Assembly (NCBI GenBank): GCA_022813965.1
Contig: JALDZS010000151.1
Span: 1-60,160, forward strand
Direction: 5' to 3'
Origin: Toensbergia leucococca
Lineage: Eukaryota
DNA length: 60,160 nucleotides
Part shown: positions 1 to 10,548 of the stretch, in pieces
How the letters are laid out: each line of letters opens with the position of its first letter
Position numbering within the stretch: position 1 is the first letter of the stretch
Notes under the pieces: model-generated
Told to the model about the DNA's origin: nothing
Databases searched by the model: none
The model's input: only the letters and a program-made list of their open reading frames with translations
Program-made: the position numbers and the translations under genes

Positions 1-1201
1 AGGTACTGAAATGATACAGTAGGACTGAGAGGTTGATACATTTAAATAGAACACTTAGATAGTCAGTATGAAGGTGATAATTGGTGGCGGAGAGAAAATC
101 GCGAAAATCTGGCTGCTCAGCCCTATAGGGTTGGCCGAGTGACGGGTTTGGCCGATTGGGGGGTAAATCCTTCTAGTCCGCAGCGATGCGAGAGAAGCCC
201 AGAAATTTACTAGTAGTTGATTTGATTTTGCCTCGAACTGCTATATCAGAACGACAAGGTTGAATCTCTGATATACCTAGTCCCTTTACTGGAGGACACA
301 GATTTCTTCACCGAATACGAGTAGCTCAAACTAAAGAACGGCGAGCATCTCAGGTAGCACCTACCAATCAAAACCCCGCTTTCCGATTCTATATAAAGGG
401 GGACGTGAGGGTTTTTCAAATGATACTGTTATTTATTATATCGTTGCCGCTGTCGAAGTAACGACTGCTTTTTGTCACCTACTTCTCTTTCGAATCTCTA
501 CCCACAGAGTCTTGTAAGAGGCCTCCCTTTATGGTGTTGGCTTTTGAACTTATTCGCCCTTATCTAAGACTTGTCCTGGTCCCAATTGGGTCTCCAATCG
601 CAGAAGATGTTTGTCCTAGGATGCGATAATTAATTGAAATAAGCATTAGTTCCACAAGTTTATCTGCGGCCTCGTCGTGTCTGAATGAGGAAGTCTAGCC
701 ATGCAAGACTGCAATGTGAAAGCCACCAGCTTCTTCCAAGAAAAATGAGGGTTGTAATGAATTTCTCCGAACGCCGAATCCATGACCCCAATCACTTCTA
801 TTTGTTGTCAGAGCATTCATGTTTCTGCGACTTAATTTGAGACTCGCTACCTTTTCAGCAAGTATATACACAAATACCTTAGATCTGAAGTTTAGCTTTG
901 TGTCTTTCTTGACCTGTCAACGACAAAGCTCTCCTTCATCCGTTTACTCGTTTGTCTCACTTTCTTTGTCATTCTGATTCTCCCTATTGTTGTTCAAATT
1001 ACCTTTAAATCATTGCAATTGAACAATGTCTTTGTCGTTAACAATTCAGTATGCATGGAGCTTAAATCTGGGGTGAACTTAACGTGTATAAGATCCATCC
1101 CTTCCTCGCCCAGATCATCGTCTCACTCTCTCTCCTCAGTCCCACAATCACTAATTCAACCACCTCGAATAATCAACTCCTCAGCCATAAGCGACTCTTA
1201 A

Positions 1202-1444
1202 ATGGCGGGCACAGACCCCAAGGAATACCCTCAAAGCATCGACTGCACCAAGTACATAGCCTTTCTTTGCCATCAAGCAGCCTCCCAAGCCAAGATACGC
1301 AACGAACAGTGTGGAGAGGGCTTTGTGCAGCTACCCAAGCAGGGAGTCAAATTAAGTGATGAAGAATGGATGCTAGTGGATGAAGCTGATGTAGAGAATA
1401 TGGATGATGAAGATTGGGTGCAGGCGAGCAAAGATGATGTTTAG
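1202..1444 (+). CDS. Small (80 aa) hypothetical protein with acidic C-terminal tail (DEEWMLV..DEDWVQA)
   Basis: Intronless ATG ORF preceded by a TATAAG element (~1087) and a CT-rich leader. The composition is protein-like. No family recognised. Confidence 0.5.
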   Translation: MAGTDPKEYPQSIDCTKYIAFLCHQAASQAKIRNEQCGEGFVQLPKQGVKLSDEEWMLVDEADVENMDDEDWVQASKDDV

Positions 1445-2053
1445 ATGTCACAAGCCAAAGGCTAGATATCGACGATCTAGGGAAGGGACAATGTGATGCC
1501 GAGCCTGGGAGAAGAAGTCGCGGGCAAGTCTCGGGTGTATCATGGCTGGATGATCTGAATGCTTTCTCGTAGAGGTAGGTTCGCCCTTTGAATTCAAGAC
1601 TTTCCAAACTAATCATTTCATCTCACTATAATTCAATTACGTGCTGCCACATTTACCAAGGAGCTTTGAAAATGCTTGCTGTGTCTTGCAGAAGAGTTCC
1701 CAGGAATGAAAGTAGTATGCTTACAAATGAATCGTGTCTTTATTAAGAGGGGAAAACTATTAGAATCATATCAATTCCTTTCACCCTCCCTTAACGTGAG
1801 CCAACCAGGTAGTGAGAGAGAAAAGAAAAGCAGAAATAATTGGACGTGTTCTCGAATACCAGGCCAGCTACGGAAACCAGACACAGGACTCTATTTGACG
1901 GCAAATGTTCGGTACACATATCATTCGATGTTACCCCTATCTTCAAACACTTGCGCGGAAAGAGACTTCTATAACAACCATCAAGACACAAATCTTCAAG
2001 TTACTCTCCGCCGAACAACTCTCTGCCGATTTTCCATACTGAAGTTTTCCCCT

Positions 2054-2239
2054 GAACAATGAGCTTGTCATTGACTGTTCGCAACACTTTCTAGTCTTGA
2101 AGATCTTGTCCCTAATCGTCAGCGCACGAATCTATAAGCAAAGCTCTGCTGATTTCCAGAAGCCAATTATTGTCCAGAACAATGAGCTCGTCAATGATTG
2201 TTTGCAAGGCTGAGCAGATCTGAGGATCTCGTCCCCAAA
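2054..2239 (+). repeat. Degenerate direct duplication, period ~123 bp
   Basis: gaacaatgagcttgtcattgactgttcgcaa (2054) vs gaacaatgagctcgtcaatgattgtttgcaa (2177). These are followed by gaagatcttgtccctaa vs gaggatctcgtccccaa. Confidence 0.75.
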
Positions 2240-2395
2240 GTTATATAATGCACTCATTGCCCGAGCCTTGATTTTTTTTCAACAGCACCATCAACTCTCA
2301 ACATCACTTCTCGAGGAGCCTTCGAAACTTGAAGGAATCAGGCCGACGTTCTTTTTCCAGAGAAGAACTCCTCAGAGACCTTTGGATCACTCGCA

Positions 2396-2788
2396 ATGTG
2401 TGAGATCAAGCTCCTCTACTTCCTGAGATGCGGCTGTCTAATGAAGCGAAGAGTGACTAAAAAATGTCTCGGGGTGCGCGTGAAGAGTCTGGTGAAGAAG
2501 AAGTCAGCGGGCCCACATCCACAGCATCGCAAGAACGCCGTCGTGGTTCTACAAGGTCGAGTCCTACCGGCATACTGTCAGAGCTGTTTTCGGGAGGAAC
2601 TAGCAACACGACGTCAGCAAGTACGCATCCTCGAAACAAGGCGGCGGAGGTATATGGCAGCGGGAAGGGCACACGAGTCTGGGGAAGTGAGGAAGAAAAT
2701 TGAAACCGCCGAGGAGCGTGTGGTGCATCTTTTGAGAGTCCATGGTGAGTGTGATCATGATTCCAACGTCGCTCTCAGGGAAGACTGA
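2396..2788 (+). CDS. Small basic Cys-motif protein (MC-x9-CGC...C...CxxC), putative Zn-binding, with helical tail
   Basis: Intronless 130-aa ORF, MCEIKLLYFLRCGC...YCQSCF. TATATAA at ~2243 upstream. Matches the MC..CGH-type pattern common in small ascomycete proteins. Confidence 0.6.
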   Translation: MCEIKLLYFLRCGCLMKRRVTKKCLGVRVKSLVKKKSAGPHPQHRKNAVVVLQGRVLPAYCQSCFREELATRRQQVRILETRRRRYMAAGRAHESGEVRKKIETAEERVVHLLRVHGECDHDSNVALRED

Positions 2789-3030
2789 ATCTTGGATCCG
2801 AGCATGCGTATCAGGAGTCACTGGCGTTAAGGGTTCAGCATGCATATCAGAAAACATTGGCGTTAATAGGCTAGCTTGCACTTTGATTTATCAATAAACT
2901 GGTATTCTTTTGCTTTGAAAATGTGTCTGAGCTAATCCATGTAGAATCTTATGTGGAATTAGACAGAACAAGGCGAGGATATTATACTCGCTGGTTTGTT
3001 CTACTGTTTTGCTTCTTTACCTCTCGTCCT

Positions 3031-3099
3031 GAGCAAAGCTACTGTTTCTTGTTCTGAACAAAGCTATTATCTTTCATCACGAACAAAGCTACTGTTTCT
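3031..3099 (+). repeat. Three copies of gaRcaaagctactgtttct-like unit, period 25 bp
   Basis: Units at 3031 (gagcaaagctactgtttct), 3056 (gaacaaagctattatcttt) and 3081 (gaacaaagctactgtttct). Confidence 0.8.
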
Positions 3100-3367
3100 C
3101 GTCAATCAGATCATTATTCGTGACACTAAAACACTTCGAAAGAGTCAGAGCAATGTTAAGAACATCGCCTTTTTTATCCAACAAGCCTCAACTCACCAAG
3201 GGTTTCAACATAAATACTATCCTTTGGTTTCTCTTCCATCATCTCTCTTTCCCACCTTCCTAGTCATCGCTCTCAACACCTATCTTAGACAACACTCGAT
3301 CAACAGCTCAGTAGCAGCTTGCGATCAGCTGTTTCAGTCTGACACCGCTCTCTCCCATCAAACAATT

Positions 3368-3715
3368 ATGTGTTTGACACAGAATAAAACGCATCTCAAA
3401 TGCGGCCACGTCGTTACCGTAGTGAAAACCTGCTCTTCCCCAGAGTCTGCAGGGTGTAAGCCGAGGGGATTTAGTGTGGACAAGCAAACGTTTTGTACCA
3501 AGTGCCAACGAGTGAACTTGAAGGAACGGAAGAAAAAGGAGAAGGAGGAGAAAAAAGCAGCAGAGGAATGGGCATTGAGCGAGTGGGGAGCGGCAGCAAG
3601 AGATGCGGAAGAGCGAGCAGTGGCAGCGAAAGCAGCGGCAGAAAAAGCAGCAGCAGAGGCCAACGAAGACTTTCCAGGTTTTGATTTGATTAGAGCATTT
3701 TTGAGAGAAGGTTGA
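3368..3715 (+). CDS. Small Cys-motif protein (MC-x9-CGH..C..C..CxxC) with charged/Ala-rich coiled-coil tail
   Basis: ATG at 3368: MCLTQNKTHLKCGH...TCS...GCK...FCTKCQ then a K/E/A-rich helix. CATAAATA and a CT-rich leader lie upstream. Confidence 0.65.
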   Translation: MCLTQNKTHLKCGHVVTVVKTCSSPESAGCKPRGFSVDKQTFCTKCQRVNLKERKKKEKEEKKAAEEWALSEWGAAARDAEERAVAAKAAAEKAAAEANEDFPGFDLIRAFLREG

Positions 3716-4304
3716 TGTTGGTGGAAGCTGGAGCTGGTTGGCATGTAGGTTCATAGAATTCGCGTGCTTTTGAATATCATGATTACTTGTTACCTATTTC
3801 AGTAAAGTCATGAGCCAATCAGTAATTTCAATTTAAATATCTTGTGACTGTTGAGAGAGGTGATACTGTGAAGACTTGCTTTGTTCTGAATACGAAGGCC
3901 AACGAGAGACTATGAGTAGAATAGGGGATGCCAAGACGCCAAAGAAAAGGATACCGATGACTCAGCTGCTTTGGCGCCACTCGCGCTATCCGTAAATGTA
4001 AAACAATACCGTAACAAAGCCAGCTGAGTGCAACTTCCAGACCTGTGGCTTAGACAGCACAGCCACTAAGCCACTCAATCATGTCATTTTCTTAGACTTC
4101 TTTCCCCTAAGCAAACCTGTAATTTTTTCGATTGCAAGCGCTACCAGCACCCAAGACACTGAGTATTTATCTACATCCAAGGCACCTCCACACGTCTGCG
4201 TTAACAACATATCAATATTTCACACCCACCATACCCAACACAGCATATTGTAACCTTGTCGATACCACCCTGCTGATCCTTCCGTTCCGCTACCCCGCAA
4301 AAAC

Positions 4305-4684
4305 ATGGCAGGCCCTTCAAATCCCATCAACCAAGTCCTCCTAATCATAATTACCATCTTCTGTCCGTCTCTTTCCCCTACTCTTTCCCCTCTCTCTTCA
4401 CCATCCCTACAAACCATTTCGGATCAACACTAACACGTGTGTCAGTCCCACCACTAGCTGTGTTTCTCATCGCCGGCTGTGGCGCCGATTTCCTGGTGAA
4501 CATCTGCCTCACCCTTCTCGGCTTCATCCCTGGCCACATCCACGCCTTTTATCTCGAGTACGTGTATTTCGATCGTAGGAACAAGGGCGCTATGGGCCAG
4601 ATGGCGGCGAGGCCGGCGCCGGGGGTGTATAGTCAGAATGTGCAGAACGGGGGCATGACGCAGTATGGAACGGTGGCGGCTTGA
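4305..4684 (+). CDS. PMP3/SNA/RCI2 family plasma-membrane proteolipid
   Basis: Exon 4305-4362, intron 4363-4445 (gt..ctaac..cag), exon 4446-4684. This gives IIITIFFPPLAVFLIAGCGADFLVNICLTLLGFIPGHIHAFY, the UPF0057 signature. Confidence 0.92.
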
Positions 4685-5356
4685 AGCCTTTCCGAGGAAA
4701 TTCGAAGCTGGGAGAGTAACATGACAGCTACAGTGAACGACAAAGGGATGCGGTAATGGAATGGGGTTGAATAAGCTCTCTTGTTGATTGGGTGATGCAG
4801 ATTTTCGAAGGTCGGATTGCGATGGGGACGAATTGAGTTCTAGTTCGTGTTTACTGGGAAGCGGAGTGCAGCATTGTTTAAGGGCTTTCAGGCAACGAAG
4901 TACGACGAGTGCTTCGATTTCTTTTCAGTGTTGTATACTTTTTTTTCCAACAGAGATACCAACCTTGTGTTCATTGGTACTTCTTAGGAATTATTGTCTG
5001 TGAATCGTCATCTGAGCTCATAGCCTATTGTGATACATCCTTGGTCTGAGAATGCTACAATTGACGAGATCGTCCATACTAAATCATCTCATCACATAGG
5101 AGACGATGACTAACAATCGAGGTAGACCAACGTAATTATGCTCTATCTACATCTTCACATTTCTACAACCCTTTGGCCAACCAAATGCAACAACGATTAA
5201 AGAGTAAACAATGTCGATCAAAGATTCGGACAATCGCCAAGACTGACGATGTAAAGCTTTTCACGTACAGGACATGTAAAAGCTAGATCAATCTTGAGAG
5301 GAACCTTCGTCTTTGAGGGACGTTATCAATCAACCTCGTCATCAGATAGAGAATAA

Positions 5357-6377
5357 ATGGCTTCCATCAAAGTAGAGCCAGAGAGCGAACCACCACGCAT
5401 TCAGCCAACTGAGGTATATCATGGCCATTGTGCCCTAACGGCTGCAATCAGGCTTCGAATAGCTACAGGCGGTGCAGGGCAATCTGGGCTCATCCGCGCT
5501 TTGGCAGATGGTTTCATCAACGAGAAAGTAGAAAGAGAGGAGCATGCACCATTTGGTGTCGCTTGGCTTGCATCCGATACATCAGCGTCTTTCAATTACC
5601 TGGCTCAAGGAGCAGCAGATTTGAGCATCACCTATCATGCGGTAGCAGAGGGTGTGGCTATCAATCAGGGCATTGCTGATAGGAGGGAGTACGCATGGAG
5701 AGATCACTGGATGCTTGTCGGTATGTGTGCTTGGCCTTAACTCTCCAAGTAGCATCTGAGACTTCTGTGGGGGCTGAGAGGTAGCGAAGGTCCAAAGAGC
5801 AATCCGGCAAAACTCTCATCCAATGATCAAACCACCATACATGAGCTCTTTGCGCAGCTCTTTCAGGCCGCCATTGAGACTTCAACCTCCAACAACAGAG
5901 TTCGGTTTCTTTCTAGATATGATAAGTCAGCTGCCAATATCAAAGAGTCAAACATCTGGTCGGCTATCGGGCAGACGCCGTGGTCACAGCCGTACTCAAG
6001 CTGGTACCATCAGTGTGTTGACTTCCCATTCAGGGCACTAGAGATAGCGGCGCAGTTAGAGGAGTACACTATCACAGATAGAGGAACCTGGTTTGCTATC
6101 GAAGAGTGGGTCAGGAAGAAAATGAGTGTTTATGTAAGTCTTGTGCTACTGGAAATGGACTCGCTGACCATTGAAGATGGCTGGAGGTGATGCTGAGAGC
6201 GATCCTATGTTGAACCCGGCCCATTTGCTGGTGGGCACTCGTGCTAGAGACAAGGACATTGCCAATGAATTTGCAGACTGGCTCACAAGGTCTGATGGTG
6301 GGCAAGAAGTCATCCGAACCTTTACAGTGAATGGTGTGGTATTGTACTCGATTGCTCCTCTAACAAGCGTGGATTAG
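5357..6377 (+). CDS. PBP-superfamily (TupA/tungstate-binding-like) solute-binding domain protein, no signal peptide
   Basis: Three exons (introns ~5721-5790 and 6134-6177). Motifs LRIATGGAGQSGL, RDHWMLVGPKSNPA, FLSRYDKSAANIKE, YTITDRGTW and DPMLNPAHLL resemble TupA-type binding proteins. Confidence 0.8.
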
Positions 6378-7041
6378 CTTGAATTGTGCTTCTCCTCAGG
6401 CCTCGTAATCCAGCACTGTAAAGACCCCAACCCTGATCTTCATTATTGAGAAAGAGTACAATTGGATAGGGGATTATCAGCTCCTAAAGGAGTAATTCTA
6501 AAGCATTATCGGTACATCTTGACTATTTAAGAGACAATGGCAAAACACACGTTTCAAGTCAGGAAATTGTTGGAAAGCCGAAATCTCGAGAGCATTGTAA
6601 GATGAAGCGACAGCTTCAACGTAGAACTGACTCAATAGGCCATGTATTTCCCGGCTCAGCTTGTCATTGTACTCTATTGTTGGTTTCACTATGCATGAAT
6701 CGGCCCTCAAATGAATTGGCCATAGGATAGAGACGATAAAGAGACTTATCTAGCATGCCAGCACGCTTGCTACAGAAAGTCGTGGCAATTTGGCGTTGAG
6801 TCGTAGAATATGATGCAGCCTAGATTAGGTATTCTAGGTAAGGTATTTACCTACCAGTTCTAAGTAACAGAGCAGCCAAGCTAAGGTACCTTACCTACCT
6901 AACTGTGACTGCTTTTTGATTTATCTTACATCACCATGCATGTGACTGCGGAGCTCGTACTAAATAGTTGTGAGCCATCAATTGAATATACGAGATGGTA
7001 AACACATCGTCACTTATTTAATCTCATCTATAATAAAAATA

Positions 7042-8015
7042 ATGGTCTCGCAACTTCGCATAGGCTATGTGCCAGGTATGCACAATCTCTTTATTACAAG
7101 GAGCTGGTAGCTGATGTCCGTCAGAACACTTCTCAACACCACTATACTTTGCACAGCAATACTTCCAACTCGATGCTACCTTGGTCTCTTTTCCGTCCGG
7201 CACTGGACATATGATTACCGCATTGCAAGCAAATGAGATCGACGTGGGAATCGGCTTGACCGAAGGATGGGTTGCAGGTCTAGGAAAACAAAGGCACGAA
7301 GCAGGCTTCAAGATTGTCGGGACTTATGTTGAGACACCATTGTGCTGGGCAATCAGTACTGGTGCGAAGAGGGATTTGAAACATGTCTCCCAATTGAAAG
7401 ACTCAAAGATTGGCGTTAGTAGAATAGGAAGGTATGTTTCGTTTCGGTTCGAATCACTTCATCGGGGAAAGACTTAGAAGTAGTAGTGGATCATACGTAA
7501 TGAGCTTCGTCCTCGCTGACACCAAAGGCTGGCTCAAAGCACCTGGAGACCCTCCCTTCGATGTTGTCCCTCTCCAAACATTTGCCAAACTCCGCGAAGC
7601 AGTCAATGATAGCACCGCCGACTTCTTCATGTGGGAGCATTTTACCTCCAAGAAGTACTACGATAACGGCCATATCAAGAACATTGGAGAAATCTATACG
7701 CCCTGGAGCTCCTGGAAGATTGTCGCGCGTGACTCGCGAGACGAGAGATTAGAAGCCATGTTCGAGAAGATTGATAGAGGGGTGAAGTACTTTGAAGAGC
7801 ATCAAAGTGAAGCCGTTGATTATGTTAGTACCCATTTGGATTATTCCGCGGATGATGCAAGGGAATGGTTGAAGACTGTGCAGTTTGCAAACGAGGTGAG
7901 GGGCGTTAAGAGAAAGACTATCGATAAGACGATTGAGATTTTGAGTAAGGCTGGAGTACTTGACGGTGCTAATACCAAATCAAGTGATATGATTGGGATA
8001 TCTAGGGTCACCTAG
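7042..8015 (+). CDS. NMT1/THI5-like (CA3427-type) periplasmic-binding-fold protein
   Basis: MVSQLRIGYVP|EHFSTPL after splicing the intron at 7076-7124. Further motifs FPSGTGHM, IDVGIGLTEGWV, GVSRIGSGSYVM (second intron ~7432) and FMWEHFTSK. Confidence 0.85.
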
Positions 8016-8226
8016 CAAATGGAAGATCCTGGTTCACTGGAGTGCCGGAAATGAACATCGCTATAATGTCGAGATAGCGAATCGATTCGGTGCATTTACA
8101 ACGAAAGGAAGGAAATTGAGACGCATGAACATCTCACGAACCACAATCGCAGAAGAAGAGTCAGGTTCGTTGCATCCGAGTACTCTCTGCCTTGGGAAAT
8201 GTAGATGCAAGCAAGGGGTATAAGTC

Positions 8227-9205
8227 TTATCCCCTATACCACACACACGCAGCTATAATAATTCCACTGAGAGCTCCCAAAACAGGTAAATAGCTCTTCG
8301 CAGCCCTAAGCAACGCAAGTTTCTTTATCACGAAGAGCCTATCCTGAAACTCTGCACCGTCATTGAGTTTCGGGAACGGCATATTAGGAACCTCATGGCC
8401 TAGAAACTCACACAGGCGATCCCACCCTTCTCCGAGCTTGTACTCTAACAATCTATCAGCTGGTACTACGTTGCGAACCTCGTTGTGCATATTGATATAT
8501 GTTTGCTTTCCGTTAGTTGCAAATTCCTCTGGACTGCCAAATATGCCCCGGAAGCAGAGGTTGATCATAGGAATCCAGCGCCCTAGGAAAAGGGGATCCA
8601 GACGTTGGAGGAAGAAAAAGGAGCTGTCGGTGTATCTCATGACAGTCGAAGTAACGGATTGGAACCATGCGTCGGGGTTGCGCATAGACAAGATAACCTT
8701 TGCGTCGGGGTAGACGTTAATAAGCTCAGGCATGAAGGCGGCTGTGGGAAGATCACAGCATGCCTATTGACGGCTCAAGGAGATGGTTAGCTTGGTTCTG
8801 ATGTTTGGCAGGATCACGCCATAATAATGCGGCTCAAATGACATGCCTGACAATGCCCTAAAAGCTGATCCCAATCCTCCTTCCCAAACTTCTTTCCTTT
8901 GCCAAAGTATTTCGCATTCAGGGCTTGGGTCCACATATCACAATCCGGGGGGTTGATGATGCATGAGCCCATATGGTAAACGTCGTTGTATCCTAGTTCT
9001 TGCAACGCTTTCTGCATGGCTACCCCATTGGCATTAGTATTGGCAGACAGTGCTAGAGCAACAGAAGCCTACATTTAGTACCAGTGCGCATCATTCCAAT
9101 GACCAGGACCTTCATTGGCACAATTCGCTGGCACGTTCGGCGGTCAATGCTGCTTTGATTGAAAAGCGCCGGGAAGCGTTCTCGGTCGCTAGGAGCTGGT
9201 GCCAT
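8227..9205 (-). CDS. P-loop sulfotransferase-like protein (Sulfotransfer_4 type) with C-terminal TM helix
   Basis: Exon 1 MAPAPSDRE...VPMKVLVIGMMRTGT. Exon 2 ALQELGYNDVYHM...DWDQLLGHCQA. Exon 3 YPDAKVILSMR...GWDRLCEFLG..PFPKLN. Confidence 0.88.
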
Positions 9206-10548
9206 ATTGATTCCGAGTTTTCAAACGGAGACACTACCTTGATGTTCTAATGCCAGACGTGGTAAAGAGGGTCGCAGTGCGCTGACGGTAGTGACTGAAT
9301 AGTATGGCCGGAGAAAATGAGAAAGACCTCCGAAGAGCAGTCTGAGAATGTGTCCCTGCAGAATTCACCTTTAACTACGAAAATGTCATGAACGAACAAC
9401 ATCCCGTTTGGTAGCCTCCCCTTTTGTTTCCTCACTGCTACAACCTTATTCATTTCATAGTACTTGACTACTTGGATGACCGTGGCAATACTAGATCTAA
9501 TACGCGCTTAATTCTTCGACTCCAAAAAGTGGTGCATTTCTTGAATGAAAGATCAATGATTTTTGGGCGTTCCTGGGGTCCCTTAGTCATTCAGAACAAC
9601 TCAACGAATCGCATAGCCTTGCACCGGCGATGGCTCACTCAATTCTCTGCTCTTTCAACTCTCGATGGTAAGACAGTGGCCTATCACGTAATCTACAGGT
9701 AACAGGAAATTGACATTAGGTACCGTGGGTATATATTTCTGCTTTCTGACATTATCTAAACATGCATATAAAGTCACTCGACCTGCCTCTTCTCTCTGCA
9801 TATTTATTCTTGTATTTCCTTGAGATTCCATTATTTCCATCTTTTCCTATGTTTCTAATATGGGGGGAATCATGACGGATTGTATCCATATTATCAGATC
9901 TCATGGCCTCCCAAGTGCTTTCGTGTGACATAAGCTGCACTCGTCACTTTTTCCGATATGGTAGGCGACTAACAAACCCCTCAAGCGCGCTTCTTATCAT
10001 TACGCTGCACGAAGAAAAGCCGAGCAACTGAATAAATGATTCCGGCCAGATCGGTAAGTGGATGTTTGTTGAACTTTTCACAATCATCGCTTTTCTTTTT
10101 ATACATTCATTTTGGCTCATCATCCATCTGCCCTGCCTCTTGTTAGTCCTTTCTATCATTGATGTCCTTTTTTCATTGTGAATCGCTTTTTCAGAGTATG
10201 GATGACCCTTGACTCCGAGCTCATATATGACAATTCAAAGTACCCTTTCACGCTTCCCAACCTGGCGATAGGTAACCTAGAGTCACTACGTGGCCTCATC
10301 GAACAACAAATCAAAGCATCTTTGCCACTCAAGAACAATATCCCAAACATCCTCCTCTTCCCAAAACTACTTCTCTCAACACCTCTCCTTCATCAAAAAA
10401 AATCCAAAACTCATCCCCTCAAATCATCATGAAACCACATAGGCAATTATGATGAAAACAATATCTCATTGCATCCCAAATAACTTTTGCACACATGCCT
10501 CAATGATACCTCCTAATCATCTATTTTATCCCAACCAAAAGTCCTCCC

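Noticed and set aside
3031..3099. Regularly spaced repeats as a possible CRISPR
   Set aside because: 25-bp period with ~6-bp spacers, eukaryotic context, and no cas genes.
2996..3367. N-terminal extension of the 239-aa ORF
   Set aside because: Non-ATG start running through promoter repeats. The ATG at 3368 gives the typical MC start.
5755..5792. GGGGCTGAGA..AGCGAAGG in an intron, reminiscent of a TPP riboswitch near an NMT1-like gene
   Set aside because: Too short for the aptamer, with no P2/P4/P5 pairing or CCTGAT motif. GCTGAG is explained as the branch point.
7440..7470. GGTTCGAATC, a tRNA T-loop-like word
   Set aside because: Lies in a short intron with no cloverleaf around it.
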